A stretch of DNA of 64,000 nucleotides from Patellaria atrata CBS 101060. Its lineage: Eukaryota. This document shows, in pieces, positions 63,730-64,000 of the stretch (its first letter is position 1; the number at the start of each line of letters is the position of its first letter). Location of the stretch: NCBI GenBank assembly GCA_010093705.1, contig MU006091.1:1736001-1800000 (forward strand), in the 5' to 3' direction. The position numbers were made by a program, and so were the translations under genes. The notes beneath the pieces were generated by a model. It searched no databases. It saw only the letters and a program-made list of their open reading frames with translations, and was not told where the DNA came from.

Positions 63730-64000
63730 ACACCACCAAATTGAACTACGAAGGATAGGAATATTTAAGGACGGTCTTCCCCTCATGTATTTAGATTCTT
63801 CGTAGTTATTCTTACCATCAATCTTACCCATAGATTTGGATGTTACGGTTTTGAACTTGACTTCACTTGTTACGCTGTTTCCATACAGTACGTCTTGTCT
63901 CATTGTGAGCATTACCCGAAGTCAAGGAGTCAGCAAGTTGTATCGTCAACTTGAAGTGCCTTTGTTATACGTATCCTATCACTTTGCCAAACCTACCTCA

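Noticed and set aside
63565..63912. ORFs with HIEHIEHIE or SMCSMCSMC repeats as a possible RiPP (dikaritin) precursor or metal-binding peptide
   Set aside because: No signal peptide, no Kex2-delimited cores and no DUF3328 gene nearby. The repeats are explained by a 9-bp DNA minisatellite.
21300..64000. Starship giant transposon carrying the accessory region
   Set aside because: No DUF3435 tyrosine recombinase captain or other Starship hallmark gene is visible in the window. It cannot be excluded beyond the right edge.

Overview
This is intron-containing DNA from a filamentous ascomycete (Pezizomycotina-like GT-AG introns with CTRAC branch points). About 1-21 kb is mostly conserved housekeeping genes: CWC2, UBC1, VPS45, a PhyH-family dioxygenase, ureF, a Spo12-family gene, SARAF, a GH30 xylanase and RIT1. 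From about 21 kb the window looks accessory, with many decayed genes (PARP, KHA1-type antiporter, APH-like kinase, GH71, fructosamine kinase, HET-6-like), a pogo/Fot1 transposon relic with recognisable TIRs, and two solo LTRs of one family, each with a 5-bp TSD. Inside this decayed zone is an apparently intact four-gene island (30.0-39.6 kb). It encodes an ATP-grasp amino-acid ligase, a divergent PLP-dependent cysteine-synthase-like enzyme fused to a rhodanese domain, a POT/PTR di/tripeptide transporter and an intronless, bacterial-looking SAM methyltransferase. Two of its promoters share an identical 11-bp CGG-containing motif at the same position. This is my best candidate for an undescribed NRPS-independent pathway making a small peptide with a non-proteinogenic amino acid. 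Also present are an AA9 LPMO, a DUF1996 protein, a G1 peptidase homologue lacking both catalytic residues, and a compact PI-PLC. All calls come from reading motifs by eye, no searches were run, and exon and pseudogene boundaries are approximate.
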